From Malacoraja senta (taxonomy: Eukaryota): a DNA stretch of 20,000 nt. Positions 19,451 through 20,000 of the stretch are shown here, piece by piece. The first letter of the stretch is position 1, and each line of letters starts with the position of its first letter. The DNA lies in NCBI GenBank assembly GCA_038087875.1, contig JAXLNO010000078.1:47004-67003 (forward strand), read 5' to 3'. Below the pieces are notes generated by a model. It saw nothing but the letters and a program-made list of their open reading frames with translations. It ran no database searches and was not told the origin of the DNA. The position numbers and the translations under genes are program-made.

Positions 19451-19654
19451 GCTCTTTTGGAACGAAGTCAGCTCAAAGCTGGCTTCCATTGTTCCAAAAA
19501 AATCAATTCTGCGTTCGGTTCAGTTTTATTTTAATAATTTTGTAAACATTTCAAAGATTTCATTTTTGGATTTATACAAAAACCAAAGGAATGTGCTATA
19601 GGATAGATATTTATCACAGATGGGGGAGACATTTTAGTGTTTGAGTAATATAGT

Positions 19655-19998
19655 TGTAACGGGTATAGCTTGGACCCGATAGCAGCACAGAATCAGGCAG
19701 GTACTGAACTTTATTACGATACTGTAACACAGGAATGGGTACATCGTACTCACACAGAGACTCAGGGTTGAGCGAGGGTTCCGAAGAGGGGCAGGCAGGT
19801 TCGAATCCGTGTAGGCAGTCGGGAAATCACTGGAGAGTCTTGCATGAATGCTGAGAACAATCTGGCACTGTGTGACCGGTGAGGAGAGTCTATATACCGG
19901 GTTAATTGGTGATCAGAGGCAACTGAGTGCCACAGGTGATGAGAGTTGGGCTGATGAGAGGGGAGTGGCTGAGAATGAGGAGAGGGAAGAGTGTGACA
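19655..19998 (-). mobile_element. LTR of a Gypsy-type retrotransposon (344 bp)
   Basis: TG...CA termini with an imperfect inverted repeat (TGTAAC...GTGACA). Reading the minus strand, TATATA (19891-19896) precedes AATAAA (19710-19715), which is the expected U3-R-U5 order. Confidence 0.75.
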
Positions 19999-20000
19999 GA

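Overview
Repeat-dense vertebrate genomic DNA, most likely from a cartilaginous fish (skate or ray). That assignment is inferred from HE1/V-SINEs, CR1-type LINEs and Penelope tails. The only convincing host gene is a two-exon class A GPCR of the GPR139/GPR142-like type on the + strand (exon 1 at about 3131-3199/3203, exon 2 at 6061-7007). Exon 1 appears to carry a 1-bp deletion relative to the family-like TM1 frame. A second splice donor 4 nt downstream would restore a continuous 339-aa ORF with a recoded N-terminal half of TM1. The rest is nested mobile DNA: CR1 and Rex1/Babar LINEs, Penelope remnants, V-SINEs, a Helitron-like element carrying a composite satellite, and a Gypsy-type LTR at the right edge. 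There is also a recent complex duplication (A+ ... B+ ... A-inverted B+) with microhomology junctions, which copied a CpG-island/promoter-like cassette. All family assignments come from motif recognition, not database searches.
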